The notes beneath the pieces are model-generated. The model saw only the letters and a list, made by a program, of their open reading frames with translations, ran no database searches and was not told the DNA's origin. The translations under genes were made by a program, and so were the position numbers. Shown here in pieces: positions 8,612-18,224 of a DNA stretch of 64,000 bases (positions are counted from its first letter, which is position 1; the number at the start of each line of letters is the position of its first letter). The stretch comes from Minisyncoccota bacterium (GTDB taxonomy: Bacteria > Patescibacteriota > Microgenomatia > UBA1400 > UBA12028): NCBI GenBank assembly GCA_016211945.1, contig JACRHV010000006.1, forward strand, positions 46,723 through 110,722, given 5' to 3'.

Positions 8612-9808
8612 TTAAAAATACTGATCTGTCAAATCATTCTCAAATAATATGGCACTACCGGGTTTTGCTAAAACTCTTAGTTGTTGTTGTACCTCCACCA
8701 AATCAGGAACCCAAACCGTCTTCTTTGCTCCACGCGCACCCTCAACCAGTGCTTTCTTATTCTCTTCCCCTACAACAATGATAACGTCGCAGACTTTTGC
8801 CGCTTCTTGCGCCGCCTCCCTATTTTCCTTCTCTTGAACAGCTCCAAGCTCTATCATCCCCGGTGTAACGATAATCCGCATTGTTGCTTTCGTATTTTTC
8901 AATGTCTGCAGCGCCCGTCGGAATCCAGTCGGATTGGAGTTGTATGCATCGTCGATAATGATAAGTCCATTCACCACACTTACCTCATTGCGGTGTTCAA
9001 CGCGCGCCAATTGTATCTGAGACAGAGCTACATCAAAATATTTCGCAACTTCTCGCACGCCATCCTCAACTTCTTTAAATTTCTTCATTGATTGGATAGC
9101 GACTCCCTTTGGAATCTGAATGTCTTCTTGAATAAAAAAGACTCCCTCCTTCTTCACATATTCTGGCAACTCAAACTGTGCCCGCACCAATGCGTTCATA
9201 TCATCATGAAATCTTTCGAGGTGCATCGGCCCCACTGCCGTCAATACCCCAACCTCCGGCTGAATCAACTGGCACACTCGTGCTATTTCTCCTCGATAAA
9301 ATGCGTCCATCTCGCAGATAAAAATTTCAGTACCTACGGGTAATCGCAAAACAGACAACGCCACTCCCATTATTGTATTGATGTTTCCTTCCGTAGTAAT
9401 GACACGATATTTTGAGTTCAATGTCGCAGCCAATGACATTTTCATGGTCGTCTTCCCCCACGACCCCGCAACACCAATCACGCGCATCTTTGGATGCAAT
9501 ATTCGTCTTACTGCCCAAGCGCATCCATACACAACACTCTTCACAAACACATCAAATGGGGTAAGACAATAAAGACTTACAAATAATGCTTTTTCTTTTG
9601 AAACGAACAACGAGATAACAGTAATGAGAACAAAAAGAACTCGAACCTTCATCGTCCACACTAAACGATGTTTTTTTTCTTCCACACCACGACCTGGATT
9701 TTTCATAAACCACGTGCGTAAACACGTAACATCATAGTTTTCGAGCTGTGCCAAATACAAAAGTTGACGAGTCGTCATGATAAAAATCTCCGAAGGTGCG
9801 CACAACAT
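8612..9808 (-). CDS. Mur ligase family protein, MurF-like (UDP-MurNAc-tripeptide--D-Ala-D-Ala ligase); start uncertain
   Basis: P-loop 'RVIGVAGSWGKTTMK'; 'IIDDAYNSNP' matching MurF DDxYNANP motif; short or degenerate N-terminal domain. Confidence 0.6.
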   Translation of the reverse strand: MLCAPSEIFIMTTRQLLYLAQLENYDVTCLRTWFMKNPGRGVEEKKHRLVWTMKVRVLFVLITVISLFVSKEKALFVSLYCLTPFDVFVKSVVYGCAWAVRRILHPKMRVIGVAGSWGKTTMKMSLAATLNSKYRVITTEGNINTIMGVALSVLRLPVGTEIFICEMDAFYRGEIARVCQLIQPEVGVLTAVGPMHLERFHDDMNALVRAQFELPEYVKKEGVFFIQEDIQIPKGVAIQSMKKFKEVEDGVREVAKYFDVALSQIQLARVEHRNEVSVVNGLIIIDDAYNSNPTGFRRALQTLKNTKATMRIIVTPGMIELGAVQEKENREAAQEAAKVCDVIIVVGEENKKALVEGARGAKKTVWVPDLVEVQQQLRVLAKPGSAILFENDLTDQYF

Positions 9809-10527
9809 ACCTCCACATCTTCAAGATACGCAAAATGTGATTTTCCGCGAAACACGAAAAGTTCAGACTGAGGAATAAGTGTGTGCATGCGCTCACCGTC
9901 TGAGAGAGGGGTATCACGATCCTCACTTCCCCACAATATCAGTGTTGGGCACACAATTTTTACAAGAAGATCAGAAATATCTTCACGCAATATATAGACA
10001 AATGTTTTTTGTTTTATGGGATCATTCAACGCCGAATAATCAGATGAGCGCAAAGGACCAAAAGAATAGAGTAATTTTCGTACGTGCGGGAACATCTTCT
10101 TGAGTCCCGGAAGTTGAAATATTTCTTTTCCCACTCCAACCGCCCCCTCAAAAACCTGTTGAATTATATGGCGTGTTGGCCGAATTCCAGAAGCGTCAAT
10201 GAGCACAAGTTTCTCTACATAATCCGGATAGGTTGAGGCGATGACCGCGGAAACAGCCCCGCCAAAAGAGTGACCAACGAACACCGCTTTTTTGATGGCA
10301 TGCGCCTTCAAAAAAAGAACGATATCTTCTGCATAGTCATGCAGTGTGGAGATACGCTCTAATGGGCTCTCTCCAAATCCCGGCAAATCAATTGCATATC
10401 CATAAAACGAGGTTTTAAGGCGCTCAATGACAGGAAGCCAAGAACGCTTGTCCCCACCCCACCCGTGTAAAAAAATCACCGGCGTTTGTCTGCGCTTTTT
10501 TACTCCAAATGTCTCGAATGAAAGCAT
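9775..10527 (-). CDS. alpha/beta hydrolase fold protein
   Basis: 'VIFLHGWGGDKRSW' and nucleophile elbow 'VGHSFGG'. Confidence 0.75.
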   Translation of the reverse strand: MLSFETFGVKKRRQTPVIFLHGWGGDKRSWLPVIERLKTSFYGYAIDLPGFGESPLERISTLHDYAEDIVLFLKAHAIKKAVFVGHSFGGAVSAVIASTYPDYVEKLVLIDASGIRPTRHIIQQVFEGAVGVGKEIFQLPGLKKMFPHVRKLLYSFGPLRSSDYSALNDPIKQKTFVYILREDISDLLVKIVCPTLILWGSEDRDTPLSDGERMHTLIPQSELFVFRGKSHFAYLEDVEVCCAHLRRFLS

Positions 10528-10969
10528 GAGGATAGTATATCAGGCCATAAATACACACATGGGGGCTATCGAGAAAAAGAGCAAAATTTATTTCCTCTTT
10601 TTATGCTCACTAAGTTGTCCATCTTTCCATAACACGTAAATAAGAATCGAGCCGGCGAGGGCAAAAATTGCCCCAGTAAGGTAAAACAACATAAAATATT
10701 CTGGATGAAAAATCATATCCTCCTTTCATCAAGTATTACGCTCATTATCCAAAGAAATCCTGATGATAGTAGACCAAATCCTATCATAAAAAGATTTCTC
10801 GAGTCAAGAAAACCTGGAATTGTAACGGACGCAAAAAAGACTTGAGCAACATCAGAAAAAATTGATGAAATTCTTTGTATTCTTCGTGAAGTAAAAAATC
10901 GCTGTCTCCTCATCATATTCACAAGAATACTACGCAAATCTTACAATAACCTTACAAAAAGGGAACTCT

Positions 10970-11518
10970 TTATTTTTCCACATTTTCTTCGAGGCATTCC
11001 AGCGCAATCTGATGTACCTTTCCATAATACGCACCGTAATCGCTCCACCGGAATGGGTTGCCACCGTCACCAATATCAACAATTTCCTTAGGAAGATGTG
11101 CGTAACGATCAATCAACTGCTCCATTTCTTCGCGCGAAAAGCGCACGATACCATCAAGGTCATCCGCAGGATGTAATTCCTCGGCTCCAATCTCATACAA
11201 AAATAAAAACGTCGTAAATCGTGTTGTGCGTTCCAGCGACGTAATATCCGCCTCAATCACCGCAAGAGGTTTGAGGTATGCGGGATTCACTCGAACCCCC
11301 ACCTCCTCCTCTACCTCACGCGTAGCCCCAACATCTGCGGGTTCGGCCTCGTCCAAACCACCACCAATAAACCGCACAATTTTATCTGGATAAATGTTTT
11401 TTGCTCCCAAAATAAACTTGCCATTCGCATCGCGCAAAACAACCAGCGCGTGGCGACCTCGCTGCAAAACAGGAGGTATGACATCAAACGAAAATGAAAA
11501 ATGATAGTGGCGAACCAT
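10970..11518 (-). CDS. NUDIX hydrolase
   Basis: Nudix box 'GGGLDEAEPADVGATREVEEEVGV' (Gx5Ex7REUxEExGU). Confidence 0.8.
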   Translation of the reverse strand: MVRHYHFSFSFDVIPPVLQRGRHALVVLRDANGKFILGAKNIYPDKIVRFIGGGLDEAEPADVGATREVEEEVGVRVNPAYLKPLAVIEADITSLERTTRFTTFLFLYEIGAEELHPADDLDGIVRFSREEMEQLIDRYAHLPKEIVDIGDGGNPFRWSDYGAYYGKVHQIALECLEENVEK

Positions 11519-11532
11519 TCTCGCCCCCCAAC

Positions 11533-12144
11533 CTATTCTTTGCGACCCTTGAACACACTAAAAATGGACTTTGCTTCGCCTGATTCCTTCACAATCTTCA
11601 CCTCAGACAAAAGAACACCCTCACAGTTTAATCCTTTATCATGGAACTGAATGTTAAGTTCGTCTTTTAACTGCTTTTCCAGCTCTGTGCGATGTGACAT
11701 AACATCGTCCAGCTTAATTGTGGACAGCGCTGCAGAAACGCGAGATCTGGCAAGTGGCCGCACTAGCTTCGACACAAAATGTTCACCAATGTTTTCCCAA
11801 AGTTCTGGGGCATTCTGTTTGTCTATTCTGAAGAGAATTGATCCTTCAACACTTATTGCTTTGTTATCACCGGTGGTGGTGTGGATCGGTTCGTCACCAA
11901 GTGCCTCTGGATTTAATGAGAGATCGAATCCCTTGCGGATCGTATACTCGAGCATTTGGGCGTTAAACAACTTGGCAATCTGCCAGAAAGGAATCTTGAG
12001 GTGGAGACCTGGGCCCCAAACGCGCGGAAGCACCCCGCGGCCGCGGTCATAGACGCAGGCGATATGCCCAGGAGGAACCGAGATAAAAAACCCACCAACA
12101 ACCTCGTCCGCCAAGAATGAAACAACCAATCTATCGAACTCCAT
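11533..12144 (-). CDS. SPFH/band-7 (prohibitin/HflK-like) domain protein
   Basis: 203 aa with N-terminal hydrophobic segment and SPFH-like core 'TTGDNKAISVEGSILFRI'. Confidence 0.65.
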   Translation of the reverse strand: MEFDRLVVSFLADEVVGGFFISVPPGHIACVYDRGRGVLPRVWGPGLHLKIPFWQIAKLFNAQMLEYTIRKGFDLSLNPEALGDEPIHTTTGDNKAISVEGSILFRIDKQNAPELWENIGEHFVSKLVRPLARSRVSAALSTIKLDDVMSHRTELEKQLKDELNIQFHDKGLNCEGVLLSEVKIVKESGEAKSIFSVFKGRKE

Positions 12145-12198
12145 AGCCGATATTGTAACACTTAGAGAAATGAAAGTCGAAGAAGGTACCAGGCTTTA

Positions 12199-13035
12199 CT
12201 ATTCACGTAATTCTTGCGATTGAGATGATGTGGTTGAAGAAATGGGCTGGTCTATTTTTGCCGGATTTTCCGCCACATTTTCATGTGGTCCAAAAAAGCG
12301 CTGGAGCGTTGTGTAAATGAGACGAAGCAAGGAGTACACAATACTGAAACAGAGTGCGGTAATGACAAAAAGCTTCTTCCCTGCTGGGAGAAATATAAAA
12401 ATGAGAAACGAAAAAATAGGCAGGGTAAACTGCATGCGTACTACTTCACGACGCGTCACTTTGTATGGCGAGGCCAATGAGTTAATAACCTCCAAAATAA
12501 AGATTAAAATTGACTGCAGAAGGTTAAGCGACATATGTGGATGTGTCAAGTCGTATTTCCCTAAAAATATGAGGTTAAATGGCTGCTGCACTTTTGGCAT
12601 CCACGAATAAATTAAATGAAGATCCTCTCCAAGTAGTCCTTTTGCAAAAATGCGCCACAGCATGAGTGCGATGATGACTTGGATAAAAAGATCGAGTAAA
12701 GACGAGTTTACAACGCGTTTATTACTTTGTAAAAGTTTCTTAATTTCCTTGTCTTTTTGAATAGGGTCACCTGAAAGTCTCTTCTCTATCTCATCGATTT
12801 TTTCCTCAATTTCTCTGCGTTCTTTTTCAGACCGTTCTGCAGAAAACGTAAGTGGGAGCATAAGTAAACGAACAATGATGGTAAAAATAATGACGGCAAC
12901 ACCCATGTCTGCCGGAGGTGGGTGCGCAACCGCTGTTCCCGCGGTTGAGGCTAAAGAAAGCACCCAATAAATTCCAACCAAAATGTTGAGAAATGGCTGG
13001 TAAATAATGAGTGTATAAATCTCGGTGATGCTCAT
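12199..13035 (-). CDS. YidC/Oxa1-family membrane insertase paralog (divergent)
   Basis: 'YQPFLNILVGIY' and 'VAVIIFTIIVRLLMLPLT' followed by Lys/Glu-rich coiled region as in YidC TM1-loop; second YidC-like gene besides 25545..26336. Confidence 0.55.
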   Translation of the reverse strand: MSITEIYTLIIYQPFLNILVGIYWVLSLASTAGTAVAHPPPADMGVAVIIFTIIVRLLMLPLTFSAERSEKERREIEEKIDEIEKRLSGDPIQKDKEIKKLLQSNKRVVNSSLLDLFIQVIIALMLWRIFAKGLLGEDLHLIYSWMPKVQQPFNLIFLGKYDLTHPHMSLNLLQSILIFILEVINSLASPYKVTRREVVRMQFTLPIFSFLIFIFLPAGKKLFVITALCFSIVYSLLRLIYTTLQRFFGPHENVAENPAKIDQPISSTTSSQSQELRE

Positions 13036-13050
13036 GACATGGGTATTGTA

Positions 13051-14403
13051 CTATACGTTTTTACTTCTTTGTTTTTCTTTAAGGCTTCGTGTTGTTGATA
13101 CATACGGATTGTGCGTGTGCACAACAACTAATTCCCCTCCGTATCTCTTCATAAGTCGTTGCTTGTTTTCTTGATGAAGAGTGTGTGATGAACAAGCATA
13201 GATCTGTGGATGCATATACCGCAAGAGATATTCATAGTCTTCCTGCGTATTGAAGTTTTCTGGGAGAATAAACGCAAAGTCTATAAAAGACAGTTCTTTA
13301 AGTTTTTTCAATCGAATGTTCTGCGGTTCTTTTGGCCTTCCTTCCCCCTTCAGTTCTCTCGCCCTTTTGTCTGATTCTACTCCAACAACCAGCACATCTC
13401 CCGCTCGTTTTGCCGCCATGAGAAAATTTCTATGCTCGTCATGGAGGAGATCAAAAACCCCCGTTGCAAGGACAATTGTCTTTCCGTCTTTTCGCAGTCT
13501 TCCTAAACGATCAATCACTTGCTTGATCTTTGGCTGAGTATAAAAATAAGGTATGGGTTGCGCATATCTTTGCATATATGTTTGATACAAACGTAGGACA
13601 TCATTACTTGTATGCATTGGGTGAAAAAAGGCGAATGATCGAGAAATTTTTTCATGAGTCATTGAGTGTTTCATGTACTGATACTGCATCCAAAAACAAA
13701 AATTTTCGATCAAAGATCTTGAAGTTATTTTCTGTTCCGGTAAATTGTTTCTTGGCAAAATCCGAGGTGCAATGTAGTCAGACGCCCATCGATTTTTAGA
13801 GAGGAATTCGTCCGCAATGGCGTGACGATCAAATAATGGAACTGCTTGGATGACTTCGTGTGCTGTATATAAATTTCTCTGTTCTTTTGGAACTTCTAAT
13901 GCAGTTTCGTCGAGCCAAAGATTAAGACACCACGTGTTCGCGTCATGCTGTGTAGACTCGCTCCTCAACACGCGCTTGTGCGTGTACACTCCCAACATTT
14001 TACTGAGAAGTACAACGACACACCGCGTTGTCCACAACCACCCAGGTTTTGTGATGATCATGAAATCGATATCATCATTCTCCTGGGCGTTTCCAACCGC
14101 CACTCCGCCGGTTAGAAATAGTGCAGAAATTGTCGGAATTTTGCTTAAAAATTGAGCGCCCCTTTTTGCCCTATTCAGTTTTTCTTCATTTGTCTTTTTT
14201 CTTTTGAGTCTTTCGTAAACAAGATGTTCTCTCCCGCGAAGAAAAAGATATCCTCCTTGTTCTTGTATCTCGTTTTGAATGTGAATCCGTGAAAGTGGCG
14301 TTCCAACAACAATCGCGGACTCTTTTGCTTCCCGTAATGTGAGTGGAAAGTCGAATATATCCGCATAACATACTGCACGGAACAACGAAAAAGGGAGGTT
14401 CAT
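13051..14403 (-). CDS. two-domain protein: N-terminal Pol-beta-type nucleotidyltransferase + C-terminal cytidylyltransferase-like (HIGH-type) domain
   Basis: 'GGVAVGNAQENDDIDFMII' NTase motif; C-terminal 'VLATGVFDLLHDEHRNFLMAAKRAGDVLVVGVESD' (G-FD-LH-GH, CTP_transf_like as in TagD/RfaE domain II). Confidence 0.55.
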   Translation of the reverse strand: MNLPFSLFRAVCYADIFDFPLTLREAKESAIVVGTPLSRIHIQNEIQEQGGYLFLRGREHLVYERLKRKKTNEEKLNRAKRGAQFLSKIPTISALFLTGGVAVGNAQENDDIDFMIITKPGWLWTTRCVVVLLSKMLGVYTHKRVLRSESTQHDANTWCLNLWLDETALEVPKEQRNLYTAHEVIQAVPLFDRHAIADEFLSKNRWASDYIAPRILPRNNLPEQKITSRSLIENFCFWMQYQYMKHSMTHEKISRSFAFFHPMHTSNDVLRLYQTYMQRYAQPIPYFYTQPKIKQVIDRLGRLRKDGKTIVLATGVFDLLHDEHRNFLMAAKRAGDVLVVGVESDKRARELKGEGRPKEPQNIRLKKLKELSFIDFAFILPENFNTQEDYEYLLRYMHPQIYACSSHTLHQENKQRLMKRYGGELVVVHTHNPYVSTTRSLKEKQRSKNV

Positions 14404-14420
14404 ACTATGCAGATTGTACG

Positions 14421-16385
14421 CTACTGTTGGGCAGTTTGAAGTACCTGTTGCACACCGAGTTCTGTCGTCTTGAGTAACTCCTCTAGAGATGTTTGACTCG
14501 TGTTTGCACCGTTCACAGCATCCTCGTAATACTTAATAATCTTGTCATTAATCCCGTTATCAAATGTTCTGGAGGCCATAAACCACGACGTCGCTTTTGG
14601 TGCATCGGAAAGATACGCACCGGCGTACGGATCGTTCACAAGGAGACTCGCCATATCGGTACGTGGATAGATCTCACCGAAAAGGCGCGGAGATTTGGTG
14701 ACGGCAGAATCATGCAGTTTCTGTAAAACTTCCTTACTGCTCATGTACTTTACAAGTTTCCACGCAAGATCCTGTTGCTTGCTCGATTTTGATACTCCCT
14801 CGGCCCAATACGTTGCCCAAGCCACACTCGTTCCTTGGAGTTGTGGAGTCGGAGCAATCCGAAACTGCACGTTTGGATTAATTGCTTTTACCTCAAATGC
14901 TCTCCAAGAGGGGGCGATCATCATCGCAACTTTTTCTGTTGCAAATGCGTACGTTGAGTTAGGTAATGTTTCATCCCAGACCCGAAGTGCCTTATAAAAA
15001 TTCGTGTAGTACTTCACGCTTTCAAGCACCAATTTTGATGAAGGTTTTGCGGGATCACCGCCATTTTGCAAAATAAGAAGGGCGAGTATGTCGGAGAAAT
15101 TGTCGACGTTTGTTGTTGTGCCTAACGCTATTCCAGCACGCTCTATTTTTTTGTCTTTTGATCTTACGGTAAGCGCCTTTGCGGCATTTTCAACGTCGGC
15201 CCACTGTGTTGGCGGGGTAAGGTTTGCTGTTTGGAAAATAGAGGTGTTGTAGTACAAACCTAGTCCGTCATACATCAGGGGAATACCAACATATCCGTCC
15301 GTTGTTTTTAGTTGTTTTGACACAACTGGGTAAAACGTTTTTTCGTAATCTATCGCGGTCATGACTGATGAAGGCATCACTGCTAAAGAGTTCTTCAACA
15401 CTGGAGTCCATGTTGCGTGGAAGCGGAATAAATCGGGTCCTTGTCCTTTTTTCAATGCATCCTGTAACCGTTCTCTGTATTCCTTTGGAGACTGTTGAAC
15501 ATACTCCACAACAATTCCTGGATTCTGCGATTGAAAATCCTTAAGAACCTGATCCATCACGGGACTTGGTTCCCACAGTCCCCAGTATGTGAGCGTTGTT
15601 TGCTTCACTGGCTGTTCTTGTGCTTTTTGCGTCCCCGTTGTTTTCGTGGTCGTTTGTGCTGGAGTTCCTCCTCCAAAAAGTTTTGAAACAATGAGCCACA
15701 CGATACCCAAAATCGCAAGAGCCCCGACAATAAGCGGGAGAAATCGAAATGGAGACTGCTTAATATCAGACGCGTTTGCGGGTTTCATGAGAGGTTGCTC
15801 TTTTTGCGGCGGTTTTGGCGGCGATTGCCCCACATCCGACGTTGGGGTTGGAATCGAGACTGTTTGCGGTTTTTGTGCAAGCGGCGGTATGGTGGGCAGT
15901 GGAGTCACAAAGGGTTTTGGAGATGTTGGAGGCGTTGAAGATACGGGAGCCGTTGGGATGTTTCCCTGTGTTTGTCCCATGACAACCGGTTTCATTGGAG
16001 TCTGTGGGGGTGGAACAACAGGTTTGATCTGCGGCAACGGCGACTGAGGGGGCAAGGGTTGTGATTGTGGCGCCTGTGTTACTGGGAGAGGAGGAGTAGA
16101 TCCTGCTGGTTTTGGCAAACTACCCTGTGTGGACGGAGGAAGACTTTGGGGTGCGGACGACGTTGATTGGGTCATAATTTTTTGTTGAGGTAGTTGTGTT
16201 TGCGCTACAACTCCGGAAGAAGGCAGCGGCCGTGCTTGTTGCGATGGTTGTGGTACTTGCGGTTTTGGTTGCACGAGTGGCTGAGGGGGTGCTAAAACGA
16301 CACCCTTGGGCGGTGCGCTCATTGGTGGTTGTGCAGAGGGCTGGGCTGGCGTAACCCCGGGAATGGGTTGAACCGAATCTGCCAT
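14421..16385 (-). CDS. ABC transporter substrate-binding protein (family 1, sugar-type) with ~200-aa Pro/Gln-rich N-terminal extension and TM anchor
   Basis: low-complexity PQ-rich N-terminus, TM 'LPLIVGALAILGIVWLIV', then SBP_bac_1-like domain 'LTYWGLWEPSPVMDQVLKDFQSQNPGI'. Confidence 0.7.
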   Translation of the reverse strand: MADSVQPIPGVTPAQPSAQPPMSAPPKGVVLAPPQPLVQPKPQVPQPSQQARPLPSSGVVAQTQLPQQKIMTQSTSSAPQSLPPSTQGSLPKPAGSTPPLPVTQAPQSQPLPPQSPLPQIKPVVPPPQTPMKPVVMGQTQGNIPTAPVSSTPPTSPKPFVTPLPTIPPLAQKPQTVSIPTPTSDVGQSPPKPPQKEQPLMKPANASDIKQSPFRFLPLIVGALAILGIVWLIVSKLFGGGTPAQTTTKTTGTQKAQEQPVKQTTLTYWGLWEPSPVMDQVLKDFQSQNPGIVVEYVQQSPKEYRERLQDALKKGQGPDLFRFHATWTPVLKNSLAVMPSSVMTAIDYEKTFYPVVSKQLKTTDGYVGIPLMYDGLGLYYNTSIFQTANLTPPTQWADVENAAKALTVRSKDKKIERAGIALGTTTNVDNFSDILALLILQNGGDPAKPSSKLVLESVKYYTNFYKALRVWDETLPNSTYAFATEKVAMMIAPSWRAFEVKAINPNVQFRIAPTPQLQGTSVAWATYWAEGVSKSSKQQDLAWKLVKYMSSKEVLQKLHDSAVTKSPRLFGEIYPRTDMASLLVNDPYAGAYLSDAPKATSWFMASRTFDNGINDKIIKYYEDAVNGANTSQTSLEELLKTTELGVQQVLQTAQQ

Positions 16386-16426
16386 ATTTCTTCTCTTTCC
16401 GTATACTTCACCTTATACTACAACAC

Positions 16427-18193
16427 ATGGGACTGCCGAGACAAGCAACGAAGAAAAAAAACAAACTCCAATACGTCTGGATTGTCGCGATTGCAATGGT
16501 TGTTCTCCCTTTGCTCTATCGAGATTACCGCACGCACATTCTTCCAAATGTTTTCATTGAGAATGTTTCTGTGAGTGGTCTTTCTTTTGAACAAACAGAA
16601 AGGCTCATCCGAGAAAATCTAGATTTTGCTCCCCCAACACTCATCACCCTTTCTCTTGAGGGAAAACAGTACATCCTTCCTACATCAGACATTTCTCTCC
16701 ACTACTATCCTGATGCTGCTGTAAAGTCCGCATTCACACTCGGAAAAACCGGTTCATTGTGGGAAATGATTCTCACTTTGCGAAAACAGAATTCGCGGTC
16801 CGTTGTTTTTCGCATACCAATGACATATGACGAAGGAAGACTACAGACTTGGATTCAGACCATCGCAGATGAACTCGACCGCCCAGGTAAAATCCCAACC
16901 GCTACCCTCCGAGCGCAAGGAAATCTTCAATCGCTCGTGATATATCCTGGAAAACTAGGAAGAGTTGTAGATAAAACAGCACTCAAAGAACAGATCGTTG
17001 ATGCGCTCTCACATCCCCCATTCACATCCGAAATTTCACGAGATATTCCTCTTATTGTTTCCGTTCCACTCACAAAGAATGAAGAACTTGGCGTAAAACA
17101 GCGCGTCTCCTCACTTCTTGGACGTGTGGTGCAGTTCTCTGCAAACGGAAAAGTCTTTACATGGAACGATCAGTCTCTTGTTTCCTTTCTCTCTCTCCCT
17201 CATGGATACAACCAAGAAGCGGTAAAGAAAGAGGTTGGACGGTGGGTAGAGTCCGTAGATCAACCACTGCAAGAACCAGAGATGCATGTTGAGCAAGGAA
17301 GAGTGACCTCATTTGTTCCTCCACAGCAAGAAATAAAGCTTCAACTCGATCAATCACTCCTTTTGGCAAAAGAAGCACTCCATTCACTCGAGGGGTTCGG
17401 AGAAAAAAAAGAACACACCCTCATTCAACTCCCCTTCTCTTCTGTTGATCCAAAACAAAAACTCGAAGACATAAATATCTTGGGAATACGAGAGAGGGTT
17501 GGGTTTGCAGAATCGTATTTCCATCATTCCATTCCACAACGTGTAGACAATGTTAAGCTCACCGCTCAGCGCATGAATCTTACTCTCATTCCTCCAGGGG
17601 GGACGTTTAGTTATAACGCGATAGTTGGCGAGGTATCCGGAAGAACAGGTTTTAAGCCCGCATACATCATTAAAGACGGGAGGACAATTCTTGGCGACGG
17701 CGGGGGCCTTTGCCAAGGTTCAACAACAATGTTTCGCGCCGCGCTGAATGCCGGACTTCCTATTATTGAGCGTCGAGGTCATAGTTATCGCGTGAGTTAT
17801 TATGAGGAGAACGCGCTTCCGGGAATAGATGCAACGGTGTACGCACCGTCTGTTGATTTTAAGTTTAAGAACGACACCCCATCAAATCTCCTTATTACTG
17901 TTGATGTTGATCCAAAAAACTATCATATGGTTATCCAATTTTGGGGAACATCTGACGGAAGAAAATCAGAGATACTTAATCATGTTGTTTATGACAAAAC
18001 TCCCCCACTGCCAACACGGTATGAAGACGATCCAACTCTACCCCCGGGCAAGATGAAACAAATTGATTGGTCTGCCCCAGGAGCAAAAACGAGTTTTGTG
18101 TACAAAGTGACACGTGGAAATGAGGTACTTCAGAATCGAGAGTTCAAAACAACATACCAACCATGGGCTGCGGTATATTTGAGAGGGATATGA
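16427..18193 (+). CDS. VanW-family protein with N-terminal TM and putative peptidoglycan-binding region
   Basis: 'GDGGGLCQGSTTMFRAALNAGLPIIERRGHS' matches VanW core (GGGVCQVSTTLYNA). Confidence 0.7.
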   Translation: MGLPRQATKKKNKLQYVWIVAIAMVVLPLLYRDYRTHILPNVFIENVSVSGLSFEQTERLIRENLDFAPPTLITLSLEGKQYILPTSDISLHYYPDAAVKSAFTLGKTGSLWEMILTLRKQNSRSVVFRIPMTYDEGRLQTWIQTIADELDRPGKIPTATLRAQGNLQSLVIYPGKLGRVVDKTALKEQIVDALSHPPFTSEISRDIPLIVSVPLTKNEELGVKQRVSSLLGRVVQFSANGKVFTWNDQSLVSFLSLPHGYNQEAVKKEVGRWVESVDQPLQEPEMHVEQGRVTSFVPPQQEIKLQLDQSLLLAKEALHSLEGFGEKKEHTLIQLPFSSVDPKQKLEDINILGIRERVGFAESYFHHSIPQRVDNVKLTAQRMNLTLIPPGGTFSYNAIVGEVSGRTGFKPAYIIKDGRTILGDGGGLCQGSTTMFRAALNAGLPIIERRGHSYRVSYYEENALPGIDATVYAPSVDFKFKNDTPSNLLITVDVDPKNYHMVIQFWGTSDGRKSEILNHVVYDKTPPLPTRYEDDPTLPPGKMKQIDWSAPGAKTSFVYKVTRGNEVLQNREFKTTYQPWAAVYLRGI

Positions 18194-18224
18194 CAACACA
18201 TCTTCCCCTGGTATAATTCCTCAT

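Noticed and set aside
10587-10937. Small minus-strand ORFs (74 aa at 10713..10937 and an unlisted ~42-aa hydrophobic ORF at about 10587..10715) between the Nudix and alpha/beta-hydrolase genes
   Set aside because: Both are hydrophobic, so they could be small membrane proteins. They are too short and motif-free to call confidently.
15589-16047. 152-aa Gly/Cys-rich plus-strand ORF
   Set aside because: It is the antisense of the Pro/Gln-rich low-complexity region of the substrate-binding protein gene (CCN codons read as NGG), so it is an artefact.
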